From: the human T2T-CHM13v2.0 reference genome, Homo sapiens
Direction: 5' to 3' (one strand)
DNA length: 64,000 bases
Assembly: GCF_009914755.1 (NCBI RefSeq)
Contig: NC_060935.1
Below the pieces are notes generated by a model that made no database searches, was not told where the DNA came from, and saw nothing but the letters and a program-made list of their open reading frames with translations. Position numbers and translations under genes: made by a program. This document shows, in pieces, positions 43,641-58,359 of the stretch; positions within the stretch are counted from its first letter, which is position 1; every line of letters begins with the position of its first letter.

Positions 43641-44174
43641 TAAAGACACTGCTTCAATCCCTTTGATGACAGTGAGTTTGCTTTCCCCAGAGATAGCTTA
43701 TTGGACCTCAGGACTGCTGTGAGAAACAGAAAATGCTCCTTTACGTGTTGCCTGAAGTTAGGCTCACTGATTTGGGGCATGTTCTAATTCTACCAGCTAG
43801 GAACACACAGAATCGCTTGTCAAACATTCTGAGTCAGATATGTCCTCCCTATGTCTTTTCTGAGAAAGGCATACAGAAATTCCCAGCTAAACATCACCAG
43901 TTCCCTCATTTGTTCCTCAGATGATATGGTCCATTCAAGTTTTGTAATCATCATGGGGGTAGATGGAGGGTCCCAGTCCTCACAACCATTCTGGTAATTT
44001 ACTCTTGAATTTACTGGTTCACATGTATCTATTTTGTAGTGTGGCTCCTGAAACTGAAAAACCTACCCCAGGTATTCTGTGAACAGACAGAGTAGAGAGT
44101 CTGTCACTGCCCACGGAGAGATGATTAGGCTTCCGGGAAAAGGTGAGAACACTGGCAAAGTTCCGGAAGGAGGA

Positions 44175-44950
44175 ACAATATCCCTTCTTCCCTTCTTCAT
44201 GAGTCGTACCATCCCTTACTTTTGGCTGGTCACATAACCACCCAAAATAAGGGCTACATTTTCCAGCCACTCTAGCAGCTAGGGGTGACAGAGTGACTAA
44301 GATTTACCTGGAAGTATCGTGTGTGACTTCTGGGAAGGGTCCTTAAAGAGAGGGGTAGTCCTGGCTGGGTGCGGTGGCTCACGTCTGTAATCCCAGCACT
44401 TTGGGAGGCCGAGGCAGGCGGATCACAAGGTCAGGAGTTCAAGACCAGCCTGGCCAAGATGCTGAAACCCCATCTCTAATAAAAATACAAAAAAATTAGC
44501 CGGGCATGCTGGCGGGCGCCTGTAATCCCAGCTACTTAGGAGGCTGAGATGGAGAATTGCTTGAACTTGGGAGGCAGAGTTTGCAGTGGGCCAAAATGGC
44601 GCCACTGCACTCCAGCCTGGGCAACAGAGCAAGCCTCCGTCTCAAAAAAAAAAAAAAAAAAAAAAAAAAGAGAGGGGTAGTCCTTGTTGCTGTTGCTGCA
44701 GGTATTTTCTCCTTCTTCCCAGCTGGACCACTAGCAGCCATCTTGTCCGTGACAGGGAAGCCCCATGATAAGGTGGGCAGAACCGCAGAAGAGACGGAAC
44801 GTGGATCCCTGATACTGTTAAGTGTCTCCCTCCTGGTTTACCTACTCTGGGACTTCTTTTACAAGAGACAGAAAAAAAATTTATGTATTTTAACCTACTA
44901 TTATTTTGCATTTTCTATCACTCACAGCCAAATGCAAATCTGATTGATAT
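44175..44950 (+). mobile_element. MLT1J/K-like LTR split by an Alu
   Basis: CTACATTTTCCAGCCACTCTAGCAGCTAGG...GTGACTTCTGGGAAGGGTCCTTAAAG [Alu] ...GCAGCCATCTTG...CACAGCCAAATGCAAATCTGATTGATATA. Confidence 0.7.
44363..44666 (+). mobile_element. AluSg-like
   Basis: Long pure A tail; perfect 18-bp TSD AAAGAGAGGGGTAGTCCT (44345-44362; 44667-44684). Confidence 0.96.
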
Positions 44951-47082
44951 ACCTTCCATGTTTCAGATAATTTTTTTTTTTTTTTTGAGCAAGTGATGAC
45001 ACAGATGAGTATTTCTTTGTCCATTCTGTAGAATGTGTCCTGGGAATGTGTGCGGGCTATGGCGGTTCTATTGTTTGGGGAAACTCTTTGTCAGTACTTC
45101 TGTCTGAGGTTTTACCACGCCCCTCCTATTTTAGGTTTCCACATCCAATAAATACCGTGATGTACGCAGTCTCGCTAAATCTAACTCTGCTTAGTCGAAA
45201 AGGTTTCTGTTGACTCATGTGAATATGCATCAGAGGAAAACAGTGACAACATTAATTGGCAGAAAGCCAAACCTACCCAAAAGTTTCCGCATTTTCTATA
45301 AATGATGAACAAAATAATGAATGGAAAAGTCCCTCTATATTTTATCAATTTGGACGAATGCCAAAATGCAGATCAATCATTTCATTAAGTACATTCACCT
45401 TCTCGTTCCACTGGGAAGGGAATCACTTAACAGCATAAAGAAAACATTACTGAAAATTATCTCTAGTGTGATAAGGAGGGGGAGGGTGGCCAGGAATCAA
45501 CTCAGGTAAATTAAGAAATAAAAGTGTGACTACTTTAGTATCAGAGGAATTTAGTTATATTATTATCACCTTTGGAACACAGTAAGAACCTTAGTCCAAA
45601 CAGATGAAAGATTAGCCACAATAAAAATGTAAACATGACCCTAATTAATGATTTTGCTCACAATTAGTCTCTCTGTATATACTCATTAACACTCTTAATG
45701 TTCTAGATAACTTTAACATCCCTTGGTCAGGAGAAGCCATGGCTGAGCTCTGCATGGCCCAGCTGCAAAACAGATATCATCTGTAGCTTGGATTTGCTGA
45801 GATTCCATGTCCATTTCTTGAGTCAGATCTCAGAGTAAACACAATTCTTCTAACAAGCTATTAGTGAGACTTCATTCTTTTTCTTCTGTTTCTCTTTGAG
45901 GAATGAATGGAATCTCTCCTGGGACCTATCCTGTGCCTAAGAGCAAAACAAGCACAAAAGTTCCCACATTTGGTAAACTAAGAGCCTGACAGATTTCATC
46001 AGAGAAAGATGTACTAAGTTAGTGTGTCCCTCACAGCAACCCTCCTGCATTTTAATTATTTCCTTCAGGTCATGGCTATGCCTCAATCCACCATGTCTTC
46101 CTGCTGACTTCTCAGGAGCTTCTGGACTTTGACAAGTTAACATCTGTAATAGTGCAAAGCATGTGTATTTGGTGGAGGGTGGTGGGGGGATACGGGTGGA
46201 GAAATGTTGAAATAGCTTTAAGGATCTGACTAAAAAGGGCCACTTCAGGAGAGGGAGCACCAGAAGCAAGGCAATCAGAGGGCAATGGTACCATCTCTTA
46301 ATCACATACCATGAACCAAGAGGTGACAATGAGAGGGGAAAAATAGTAAAGACAATTCTATATAACAAAAACAACCAGGATGATAAGCTTTATTTCTGAA
46401 TTTCTTTGGTTTTATGTTTTGAAAGCAATATTTCATAAGATTACAATGACATTTAACTCTTGGGGGAAAAAAAAGCTTCTGTTTTTTAATAAAAAAGAAA
46501 AAAAAGTCTCATTTACTTAGGCCACGAAATCTGAAATACATTGTAAGGGATCTTCATGGACAGATCAGAGCAATAGATATTTAGGTAGTTCCATATAACT
46601 ACTTACCATAATTACTTGAACCTACTTGATGGATAGATCTATAAAACATTTCTGCTATGTAGACTCAAATATTTACAAAGGGAAGTGAATCTCTGGGTAT
46701 TCAAGAAGAAAAGGAGAAAGAGTAGGAGAGAGTAAGGGGAGGAGGAAAGGGAAGAAGAGAAGGATGTTTAATTGCCTAAAAGGACCGTTCCCTCCCCAAT
46801 TATAACAGCATTTTGCCATGTACAATTCCATCATAGGCTCTGGGTGCTTTAGAAGTCTATTTAGATTAAGAAACAATTACGCTTAGTTTGGAGTTTTGTT
46901 CAATATGTTTCAAATTCTGAGACCACTAGGACTATTCCACATGAATGGCTTATATCAAGGACCTATTTGTAGACAAAAAAGTAAAAGGATTTGTGAATAT
47001 ATCAAAATGTCTATGAGTATAAAAGCTTAGACCAAGTGGAGTCATATGAAGACCTAAGAAAAGGATTTTAAAAGTCTCAAAT

Positions 47083-47819
<737 letters not shown>

Positions 47820-48076
47820 TTATGTTTCAGCAGTTTTATTGGAGTAACCAAGTCTACATGAAAGGCAAAGCATGGTCACCAGTTATGGAATCCCAGGTAG
47901 GATCAGGAATGCGTTAGGAAAGTGCTAATTGCTTCAATATAATTCTTCAAAGCCTGCAAAAATCAGGGATTAGGAGAATGAAGGTTAGTAAAGCTTGCTT
48001 TGGGTAAAGATGTGATGTGAAAGAAAAGCCATAGAGATAGGATCCATTAAGTAACTATGCTGTGTTCCAGATGAAA

Positions 48077-48374
<298 letters not shown>

Positions 48375-48569
48375 TCAGATGATATTTTTTACCTATAGAA
48401 TGTGAGCTCCCAAAGGAAACACCTAGTAAAGTTTTGAACACAGTAACAAGGCAATAAATATGTTGAAAAAAAGGAATCTAAATTGCCTTTTAAAATCATT
48501 TATGAATGACAGCACAGCAATTGCAAATGTAACATATCAGGCTACAATAATATAACCAAGCCTCCATAT

Positions 48570-48700
48570 ATTCATTTAATCAACAAATACCTATTGAATA
48601 CCTTATAGATGCCAGGCTGTGTTTTAGGCACTGGGCATTCAGACATATGCAAAACAGAAAAAGTTGCTGACTTCATGGTGTTTACACATCAGTGACAAAG
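48570..48700 (-). mobile_element. L2 3' end
   Basis: TTCATTTAATCAACAAATACCTATTGAATACC...TGCCAGGCTGTGTTTTAGGCACTGGG. Confidence 0.65.
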
Positions 48701-51700
48701 GCACAGCATATCTGGACAATTACCTGAATTAATATGTTTAACATTCTCTAAAGAACAGATATTTTAATGATTTTTCAAATAATTGCACCATGAATACACC
48801 AATTGACTAGGTATTTCACTTCCTTAAGAATTGCTGGCTCTGGAAAAGAATGCAACAAGTCCTATCAGATTATGCCTTAAAAATGTGCAAAATGTTTGTT
48901 GTCAGATCTGGCTGTACATTTATTAAGCTGTATTCATAATTAACAAATTTTATTTAGTTTTTTTAGATATAAGTCAGCCGGCAAGCTGCTAGGAGCAAGC
49001 CATTACAAAAAAAAGTAAAAGAAAAACATAGTATCCTTTCTCTTGAGGCACTTATATTCTAATGCAAGAAGTCGCAAGTCACAGAGAAATACACTTAAAC
49101 ACAAATGACCAAACATGAACATACTTACTAATTCAAATGCAAAATACATATATGGTGTAGAAACGGAAATGAATCTGTAACATACTTTGGAATGAGTGAA
49201 TCAGTGCAGGTCAGCCATGCATGAAAATATTTAGCCTACCCAAGGATCTATTTGTTAAATGTTTTCAAAAAATTCAGTGCGGTTATTCTCAATAATATGA
49301 GTGCAAAAACACATTTTAAACAGAAATCTTTCTCCTTTCTAATCTACTGTATTAGTGAGTGCTCTCACAGGAAATAGATGGTGCACTTGACTTAGGATAA
49401 TTCATGAAGGGGTTAAGGACTAATTATCCAGGTGTAAATAGGGTGTGGGGGAATCTCCAGGGATACAGCGGGAACCCAGGGCTAACCACAGAGATGCTGT
49501 CAGCATCCCTAGGCGTGAAGGACTGAGGGAGGGAGAGGTTTCTGGAACTGAGGAGAGAGAGTCCTGTGGGGCAGGCTGCCTTGAAAGGAAGCATGGGCCT
49601 TCTGACCAGCAGGGACAAAAGGGTGTAGGTGCACTTGGAGGGGCAAATGGAAGACATGTGACATGCACCACATATACTATTGCCCACCCAAGTTAATTAA
49701 ATAGTCATTCAATATTTATTGAGCACCTACTACGCGCCAACCCCTGTACTATGGAAGGACGCTAAAAGAAGAGTAGGTCATTGTGTCTGCCCTCAATAAT
49801 TCAGAGCCTAGCGTAGATGACAGACTTACAAACAGACTAAGTAATGTGCATTGATTCAGGCAAGTTCTGTAACAGAAATTTGCAAAAGTGTTGTGAAAGC
49901 AAAGAGGGTTGAGAAAGAGCTATCCTTTGGAAAGGGACATTACTAGGGAATTGCTGACACACAGCCTTTACCAGTAAGATCAGGTTAATTGTATTCAAGA
50001 TAATAAAGAGGTCACTGATTTATGGGCCTATAATTCTGATATATTTACATAGATAAAAGCATATGCATTAAGAGGTCTCACCAAAGACTCCAAGAGTTTT
50101 TGTTTTTGTTTTTTTAAACCACAATTTATATCAGAAATAGCGCATTGCAGTCACATTATGTTGAAGGAATCTGCTTAAGTTCATACAGCCACTTAGTAGC
50201 AGAGAGAGAGGACAAGGACTCAGGTTTCCTGGCTTTCTGCCAAGGTGAATCTTGAAGGTGTAACATGTTTTCGATGTAATTTTAGGTGCACCTAAATTAA
50301 ATTAGTTGCCTTTCTCCTCTCATCATTGCTCTACTACATTTCATTTCTCTTTATCCTTCATTCTTATTACATTGATCGGAGGGCCTCTTGAAATTGGCAT
50401 CAGTGAACTTCTTAAGAATCGAAAGCTCAGAGTCCTATATCTGTTGCTTAGCAGTAAATTTCAGTAATGTGTTTTTCACTTTACTTTGTGGTAGCCTGTA
50501 CTTTCCTGGCGTAATTTCTTTTCATATAATGTGTGAATTTTACAGTATGATGTCAACATGGTGAAATGCATAACCATATGGTTGCCACATAATTGAATGC
50601 TCCAGTCTGTTAATTGTGCTTTGAGCAATTACTGTAGTGACCTAATTGTTGCCATTCCTTGTTTTGTTAGTAACAATTATTCAGTCTACTTGAATGCAGC
50701 AAACTTACCAATATATTCATTTACTCATTTCTACAAGACTGTGAGTGAACTCCCAGGGACCATCCCCGGGCCTTAACATGATGCCTGGTATATTGCAGAT
50801 GCTCTATACTTGTTTAATCATCCAACATGCATTTAGCATCATGCATTTAGCATCTAATGTCTAACACATTTCAGGCACTGCACTTGGGGTACAAATATAA
50901 ATATGACATAGTCACTGCCTTCAAGAGGCTCGGGCTAAGTTTAATTCAATTTTACTGTTTTTTAGGCAGACCAGTACTGTGTGGTAAAACAGCAGGCTTG
51001 TGAAGGGACACCTTCAAACATGATAATGAGAGCAGTTGTATGATTCATGTTGCTTAAACTAGAGCCTATGTAGCTCACAGGCTGAATTGACTTGGCAAGC
51101 AAAATAATTGCTCTTGCAGTAGCCCAAATGTCGCTGCTTCTGATGAGCTGCCTTCTGCTCTTCTAACTGATGGGACTGATGGCTGGAGGTTGCCTGGCCA
51201 TCGGAACCCTTTTCTTTTCTTTCCTCTCAAAGGTCAAAGATGTGTCTTCCTTCATCCATCCCTACCTTCTTTGTTGCTCCTTTGGAAAGATTCCCGTCTG
51301 GCTTACAGCTAATACAGTTGAGCATTGAGGTTTGTTTCTGCACTTTGTTTTCAAACTTTCAGGTGTTTTGCTCATGTTGTCCATGCAAATTTTTACACGT
51401 TTAAGAAGAAACAAAGTTTACTTTTGTGCCTAAGGAAAAACTGATGTCTTTGGTAAAAATGATGCCTTATATGAACTTTCTGGTTCTAAAAGCTTTCTTA
51501 ATTTCAGTTTTGATTGACTCTTTTTTTTTTTTAATTATTGAGAAGGTTAAGCAATAGAAGTTTTTATGTGTTATCTAGAAATAATTCCTTGATCTTTTCA
51601 AAATGCTTTGTGAACATGGAAAATAAGTATAGCTTATATGTTATCAAAAATGAGTTTCTTTATGCAACATGAATATTTGGGGTGAGTATCAGTAATACAA

Positions 51701-51763
51701 GAGAAAGTAAACAATTCTGCTGAAAAGTGTTTATAATTGCAGAGATATTGAAATTGCCGGATA

Positions 51764-52051
51764 GGCGGGTGCGGTGGCTCATGCCTGTAATCCCAGCACT
51801 TTGGGAGGCCGAGGCGGGCAGATCACGAAGTCAGGAGTTTGAGACCAGCCTGACCAACATGGTAAAACCCTATCTCTACTAAAAATATAAAACAAAATTA
51901 GCCAGGCATGGTTGTGTACCTGTAATCCTAGCCACTCAGGAGCCTGAGGCAGGAGAATCGCTTGAACCCAGGAGGCGGAGGTTGCAGTGAGCCGAGATTG
52001 TACGACTGCACTGCAGCCTGGGTGAAAGAGCGAGACTCCATCTCAAAAAAA
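51764..52051 (+). mobile_element. AluSg-like
   Basis: GATCACGAAGTCAGGAGTTTGAGACCAGCCTGACC; TSD GAAATTGCC(G/A)GA. Confidence 0.95.
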
Positions 52052-54080
52052 TAGAAATTGCCAGAATGGCTGCCAGTGAGTAAAGGTTCATCAGGAAACC
52101 CATTTCATTTTGTGCTTTCCAGACCTAAAGTAAAAGAGTACAGATGTTTTCTTCTTTTATTCTTGTCTGCAAAGTCCACACATAAAGTCAACTATGTGAG
52201 AAAATAAAAGCTGCTTTGGTTATGGATTTTGGAGCAGCCCTGCAACTCCATATTATTATTTATCAAATACTTTGGAAATTTCTGGAAAAATAGAGGTATG
52301 AAAAGGAGCACCGGGAAAACAAATGGTTTTAGAAGAATCTTTTAAAAATATCATGTTTGGTAAATAAAAAACAAAAGTTATATAGACCACGATGAAGTGT
52401 TACCAGCATAAAAAAGGGGCAGGGAAATATCATCGCCCAACCTCCTGCAAAAACGCAGTAAATTTAAACCATAACATTCTTTCAAGGTAACTTAAGGAAA
52501 GATGTTAAGTCTGCTTCCCTTTTTGTTTTCATACAAGAGATTTAGTCTGCCCTCTATAAAAGGACTTGTTTTCTTGTAACTGCACCAGTTAGACTTCTCT
52601 ATTGTAATCTGGAAATCTATGGCTTTGGGGTCCTCCAAGCATAGCTTTTTGTTGTGTGCTCTTTCTGCTGGGCAACACTGTGCTGCAAAGGATGTCATTT
52701 TAATTATTCACTGGCCCATCTTTTAAGCCTCTTAAAGGTTATAGGGCAAATTCTGTCTAAACACTCAGTAAAAGTCAAGGTAAGGTACCATCTTAGATCC
52801 AATTCCCCAAATTAGTTGGTAAATTGTGGTCTCTTTAATGATATTGCTTCATCCTTCAATGAAGTTGATTATAAACAAATTGCAGCCAGCAGCCAAACTC
52901 AACACAGATTATGTGCAACTACATAACTGCCTGCCTGGGGCGGCCTCTTTTACCTATGCACATCTTAGGTGAGACTGTGTTCTGGCATGCAGGGCAATAA
53001 AACCCAGGCCCTCTGCTGCTCTGCCTGTGAGATAGTGTGGTTGCCTCAGGATATGCCAACACAGTCAAAAGAAAAACAGAGGTGAAATCCACTTTACCGT
53101 ATGGAGTATAACTGCTGTCCCTTAAAAATTGTCCAGGCAGTATATGCATGGCTGTGAGTAAACCAGTGATGATTACAAAATACAACAGATATCACACCAA
53201 CTAATCCAAGGGCTCTGCATCTTGCCATTATCGAATAAAGAAGGCACTTTCAAGGCTTTACTGTTTTTAAGATCTATATCCTGGCTTGTGTAAACATATA
53301 CGGTCATCACTAAATAGATGCCTCTCTGTTACAGAGCCAACAAAGAACTTTTTTTTAAGCCCTCACTTCCTCTCCAGGAAATGGTGTATATTCAGAGAGG
53401 AAGCTGTCTTCCTGTTTTCTCCATACTAACACACTTGCTGGGTTTTTTTCTAAGCTCCCAAACTCAGAGTCTCCATCATATGGAACAAACTCTTCTTAGC
53501 AACAGGCCACATTTTTTGCTGCAGTGATTTTAAAAAAGATTTATTTTCTGTAAGTCATAAAAAGTATTATTAGTCTAATTTTTCATCTACTGTATTCTCA
53601 AGTACTATGTCCCCTCCCAAACTCTATCTTATTCAGCCTATAATAAGGGCATTAGACTCCTCCAATGGGGTTATTCTGTCAAAATTCTTAGCAAAATACA
53701 TCACCTCCTAGCTTCCCAATTACAAAAGCAACTTGACAGGGCACCTGCTTTTTATTATTTCAGTGTTGTGAGATACAAACCCAGTGTGCCTGGCACCCAA
53801 GAATGAAATATAATTCAAGAACGTTTTGTACATTCTGCTCTAATGTTTTAGCATTTCAGCATTGATTTCTGGGACTATTAAAAAAGAACCATTTGGAAAC
53901 AAACAGAAGTATTTTTCTTTAGTTGTTACAGTCACTTGAGGAACTCTTGTTTCATTTATTTCATGTAGAGATACTTGAAGTAATAAAGTTCAGGTAAACC
54001 TGAGAATTAAGGCAGGGCTAACCCTGGATGATATATTAAATGAGATGAATTTTGAGTTTGTTAACTTACTAGTTTATTAA

Positions 54081-54365
54081 TTCTGGTAATATGACAAAAT
54101 AAAGTTCTTTAACACCCCCCAAAGATAACACTAGTTCACCAGCAATGGATCCAAACCAAGACAAAATCTCTGAATTGCCAGAAAAAGAACTCAGAAGGTC
54201 AATTATTAAGCTAATCAAGGAGGCACCAGGGAAAGGTGAAGTCCAACTTAAAGAAATTAAAAAAAAATCATACAGGATATGAATGGAAAAATCTTCAGTG
54301 AAATAGACAGCATAAATAAAAACCAATAACAACTTCTGGAAATGAAGGACACATTTAGAGAAATG
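54081..54365 (+). mobile_element. L1 (L1PB-like) ORF1 internal fragment flanked by target-site duplication
   Basis: TTCTGGTAATATGACAAAA...CACCAGCAATGGATCCAAACCAAG...GAACTCAGAAGGTCAATTATTAAGCTAATCAAGGAG...CTTCTGGAAATGAAGGACACA matches the ORF1 5' region as I recall it; flanks TAACTTACTAGTTTATTAA / TAACTTACCAGTTTGTTAA. Confidence 0.85.
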
Positions 54366-54409
54366 TAACTTACCAGTTTGTTAACAACTCGATGTGTCAG
54401 TTATCTGTT

Positions 54410-54575
54410 AAGAGTTTTCAAAATGTGGTCCAGAAGACCTCCTGCATCAGAATCATCAAAGTGCTTGTTAAAATGCAGTTTCTCAGTCTCCTTCCAGAAT
54501 GATCAAATCAGAATCTATGAAGTACCCCTAAGAATTTGCATTTTTGTCATCTTCCCAGTTTGATTACTTAAGTGT
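54410..54575. mobile_element. MER5-family relic
   Basis: TTTTCAAAATGTGGTCC...CTGCATCAGAATCATC...GCTTGTTAAAATGCAG...AATTTGCATTTTT. Confidence 0.7.
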
Positions 54576-54802
54576 GTGACAAAAGACATAAGGGGTTAGT
54601 GCTCCCAGGGATATTTACTTGTTCACAGAGAGCAACCAAAGACTTGAAAACTTTGAAAACCTGTAACTTTTTTTGGGTGGGGGGTGGGGGGGCAGTCTTT
54701 TGGGACAAGGGTACCTTCTTCACATCCCTCAAATTTTATAATAAAAGCAGCTCCATCTTCATCTACTTATGCATTGGGCTCTAGGGATCAAATATCAAGA
54801 AA

Positions 54803-55070
54803 GGCTGGGTGCAGTGGCTCACGCCTGTAATCTCAGCACTTTAGGAGGCCGAGGTAGGTGGATCACTTGAGGTCAGGAGTTCGAGACCAGACTGGCCAAC
54901 CTGGTAAAAACCTGTCTCTACTGAGGCAGAAGAATCGCTTGAACCTGGGAGACGGAGGTTGCAGTGAGCGGAGATTGGCGCCACTGCACTCCAGCCTGGG
55001 TGACAGAGTGAAATTCCATCTCTAAAACAAACAAACAAACAAACAAACAAACAAACAAAAAACAAGCAAA
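54803..55070 (+). mobile_element. AluS with internal deletion and (AAAC)n tail
   Basis: CCTGTCTCTACTGAGGCAG junction removes the linker and start of the right arm; TSD TATCAAGAAA. Confidence 0.93.
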
Positions 55071-55546
55071 GTATCAAGAAAAAAATAATTGTATTCTTTA
55101 TTGGTATCCTGTAACATACTGTATTGGGCAGATATTCTGAAGATAATTAACCTGGGCATTATAAAATCTGTAGGCTCCTTTAATTGTAATTATTTTGAGT
55201 GCATTTCCACTTTAACAGTGCCACGAAACTATCGATTATTTTGTAAATTACCCTCCAGCAGGAAAAGAAAGAAGAAATACAGTTTAATTTCTTATATCAA
55301 GCAATAGACCTCAATATCTCCCACTATGCATGGAATAGTTAAGAATAGTTTAATAATATATTAGTGGTCATTTCTGGAGGCATACTTTACGGTGAATGTT
55401 CAAAATTTTGATAGAAAAGCAGACTTTAAAACAAACTGAAGTGGTGGATTTAGACAATCAGTAGTTAACAATACCTAACTTCAAAGATTCTCAGTTAATT
55501 TTGCTTTTCTTTTGTTCTCAATAATGACTACAACATGTGCCTTACC

Positions 55547-55861
<315 letters not shown>

Positions 55862-57049
55862 TGCCTTATCATTTTAGATATGTCCAAAACACAGTTTATA
55901 TAAATTTACCAAATGATTTATCAGTTACTTACTAATTAGTATAGAATTGAGATACCTAAAAGGTATTCATTCATTTAATATAGAACAACACATCAGATCT
56001 ATGTTCAAACAGCTCTAAAACTTGTTAAGTCCTCTGACAAGTCAATCACTCTTTCTAAGAATTATTTACTCATCTGGAAAACAGGAGTAACAAGAGGAAC
56101 TGTGTCAAAGAGATATTGGGGGGATTAAATTATGCATATGATGTACTTAGCACAGCACCTAGCATAGAGCATAGAGTAAGTGCCCAATAAATGTTACTAT
56201 AAATATTATTAATATTTTCTTATCTCTAAGCATAGTGTTCAACAATTAACTGCATACCATGATACTTTTATAAAACCAATATATAGATATATTGTTCAAC
56301 TTTTCACACTATTTTACTCTATAGCATATGTGAATATAATTGTTAATTATAAATTCCAAAATTTGAAATTCCTTTGTCTCTTCCTTTTCTGTGGCTTCAT
56401 ATATGCACTACTTCCATAAACTACATGTGAAGCTGACATTTTTCTGTCCATTTATTGGACTACATTTAGATTTATATCCTTACCTATCTTTGGATTTTAT
56501 ATAATAATCAGAAATTTGGAGTCAGATTACCTTATGTATAATGGTTAACTTTTAAAGAAATTTAAGTGGATTAAAGTTAAATAAACTTTAGAGAAACCTA
56601 AAAGTCACAGAAGCCTTAAAGGTACATACATATTTTTAAAATCCTAATTTTACACTGTTAGCATCTTGATGTGATATCAACACCATTTATGAAGACACTC
56701 TTTGTTAATTAGTTTATGGGGTGTTAGGTGAATTATTCAGTAAATGGTTATCAAAAATCAAATATTTAACTATAAACATTGAATGATAAACAATATTCCT
56801 CTGATCTTAATAATTGTCGTAAGTACATTACTTCAACAACTATTTACTGAATTCCTTTTGAGTGGAAGACATTGTCCAATGTGATAGGGTCTTTGAAATT
56901 AAAAAAAAAAAAAAAGAAAAGCCTGTTATCCAATTTGATGAGCTCAAAGTCTGTTGGGTGAGACAGATGTAAAAAGATATCATAATATAAAAATAAGAAT
57001 GAAATACTGACTTGCAGGGGCCCAAGGGGTAGTTGTAAGAGAAGGGAAG

Positions 57050-57560
57050 ATCAGAGGTATGGGGGCGTCTTTGAGGATGTCACACATCTGATGTCAGGCA
57101 AGTACTTGAGGAAATGTGACAAGTTTATTGTAAATGAATCACAGGGGCCCACAGGGTACCTAGTGGAGCAGATGGAAAGGGGTTGGAGCTCTAATCCTGG
57201 AAATTGCTAATATATTACAATAGTTTGGATTCGTCTTTAAGCACTAGTTGAGGATCTAACATTTTTCCTAATAGAAGATCAACAAAGATAAAATTCAGTT
57301 TTGAAAGTTATCTGTGGCAGAATACAGAGGGAAGATTAGATAGAATGGAGAGAACTAGGCCACAGAGAAAAGTTAGGAAGCTATGGTGAAAAAAGATGAG
57401 TGCTGAACTGACGCAACTGTATCAGTAAAATAGGAAAGCGATGTGCTGGGTTCAAGAGATATTTCAAGATAAAATAAAAATGATTTGAAAACTGGATAGA
57501 TATGGAACTTGGGCAAGGAGCTGAGAATGCTTGATTAATTTAGGCTATAAAAGGAAGACA

Positions 57561-57600
<40 letters not shown>

Positions 57601-57900
57601 AAGGGGGACTGGTAATCTCATTTGTGGATACAATTTTTGAAGTACCTGTGGGAAACAGGCAGAGATATTCAAGAGGCAATGAGATCTGGCAGTTAAGTGA
57701 GAAAGTTAAGTTAAAGATAATGGATTTAGGAGCCAGTGTCAGATAGATGGTAACTGAGGACACAAGAGTGTCTGCGATCACCGAGAAGAGCAGGCAGAAT
57801 CAAAGACAGACAAGGACAGATCCTAAAGAATGTAACACATTTAAGGGTTTACCCAGGAAGAGGATCCAGCAGAGAAGGAGCAAGTAGAGCAGAGAGAAGC
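57050..57900 (-). mobile_element. Degraded L2
   Basis: Purine-rich L2-like body (GAAAAGTTAGGAAGCTATGG, TTTGAAGTACCTGTGGGAAAC...GATTTAGGAG); boundaries approximate. Confidence 0.5.
57563..57598. repeat. (GT)18 microsatellite
   Basis: Uninterrupted GT run. Confidence 0.97.
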
Positions 57901-58359
57901 AAGAGGCAATCTGGAAGGCAAAGTAATGGCAAAAACTGCAATGACTTATGCACCAACTTAATAGTAGAGAAGATTTTTTAGGAAGCAGAGATTGTCATCA
58001 TCTTATCAGTCAGCAGCAGTGGGTGAGCCTCCTCTCAAGAGACAAGGCTGCTAACAAGGAGTTAATTCACTGTCACCACCCTTTCACAATCTCTAGTAGA
58101 AGTGCTAGCAGAAAGAAAATAGTCCCATGATAGAGACGGCAGAAGAGAGAAAGAAGGAACAAGACGTTTAGATAACTCATAAATGAGTCATCAGTCCATA
58201 AACAAGAAAAAGTCAGCAATGTGACCATTCCTTCTGACATAAAGGAGCAAGAAGACCTCTCAATTAAAAAGAAGTCTTCCTAAGAATTGAGGCAACATGG
58301 TAATTTAAGCAACATTGAATCTCTGCAGGCAAATTGCTTGGTATAACTCAAAAATTATT

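Noticed and set aside
43733-44670. 63-aa ATG ORF upstream of an Alu poly(A), suggestive of an unspliced cDNA-type annotation
   Set aside because: I cannot verify any gene or lncRNA name from memory; such transcripts are commonly oligo-dT priming artefacts on genomic A tails. A BLAT search would settle it.
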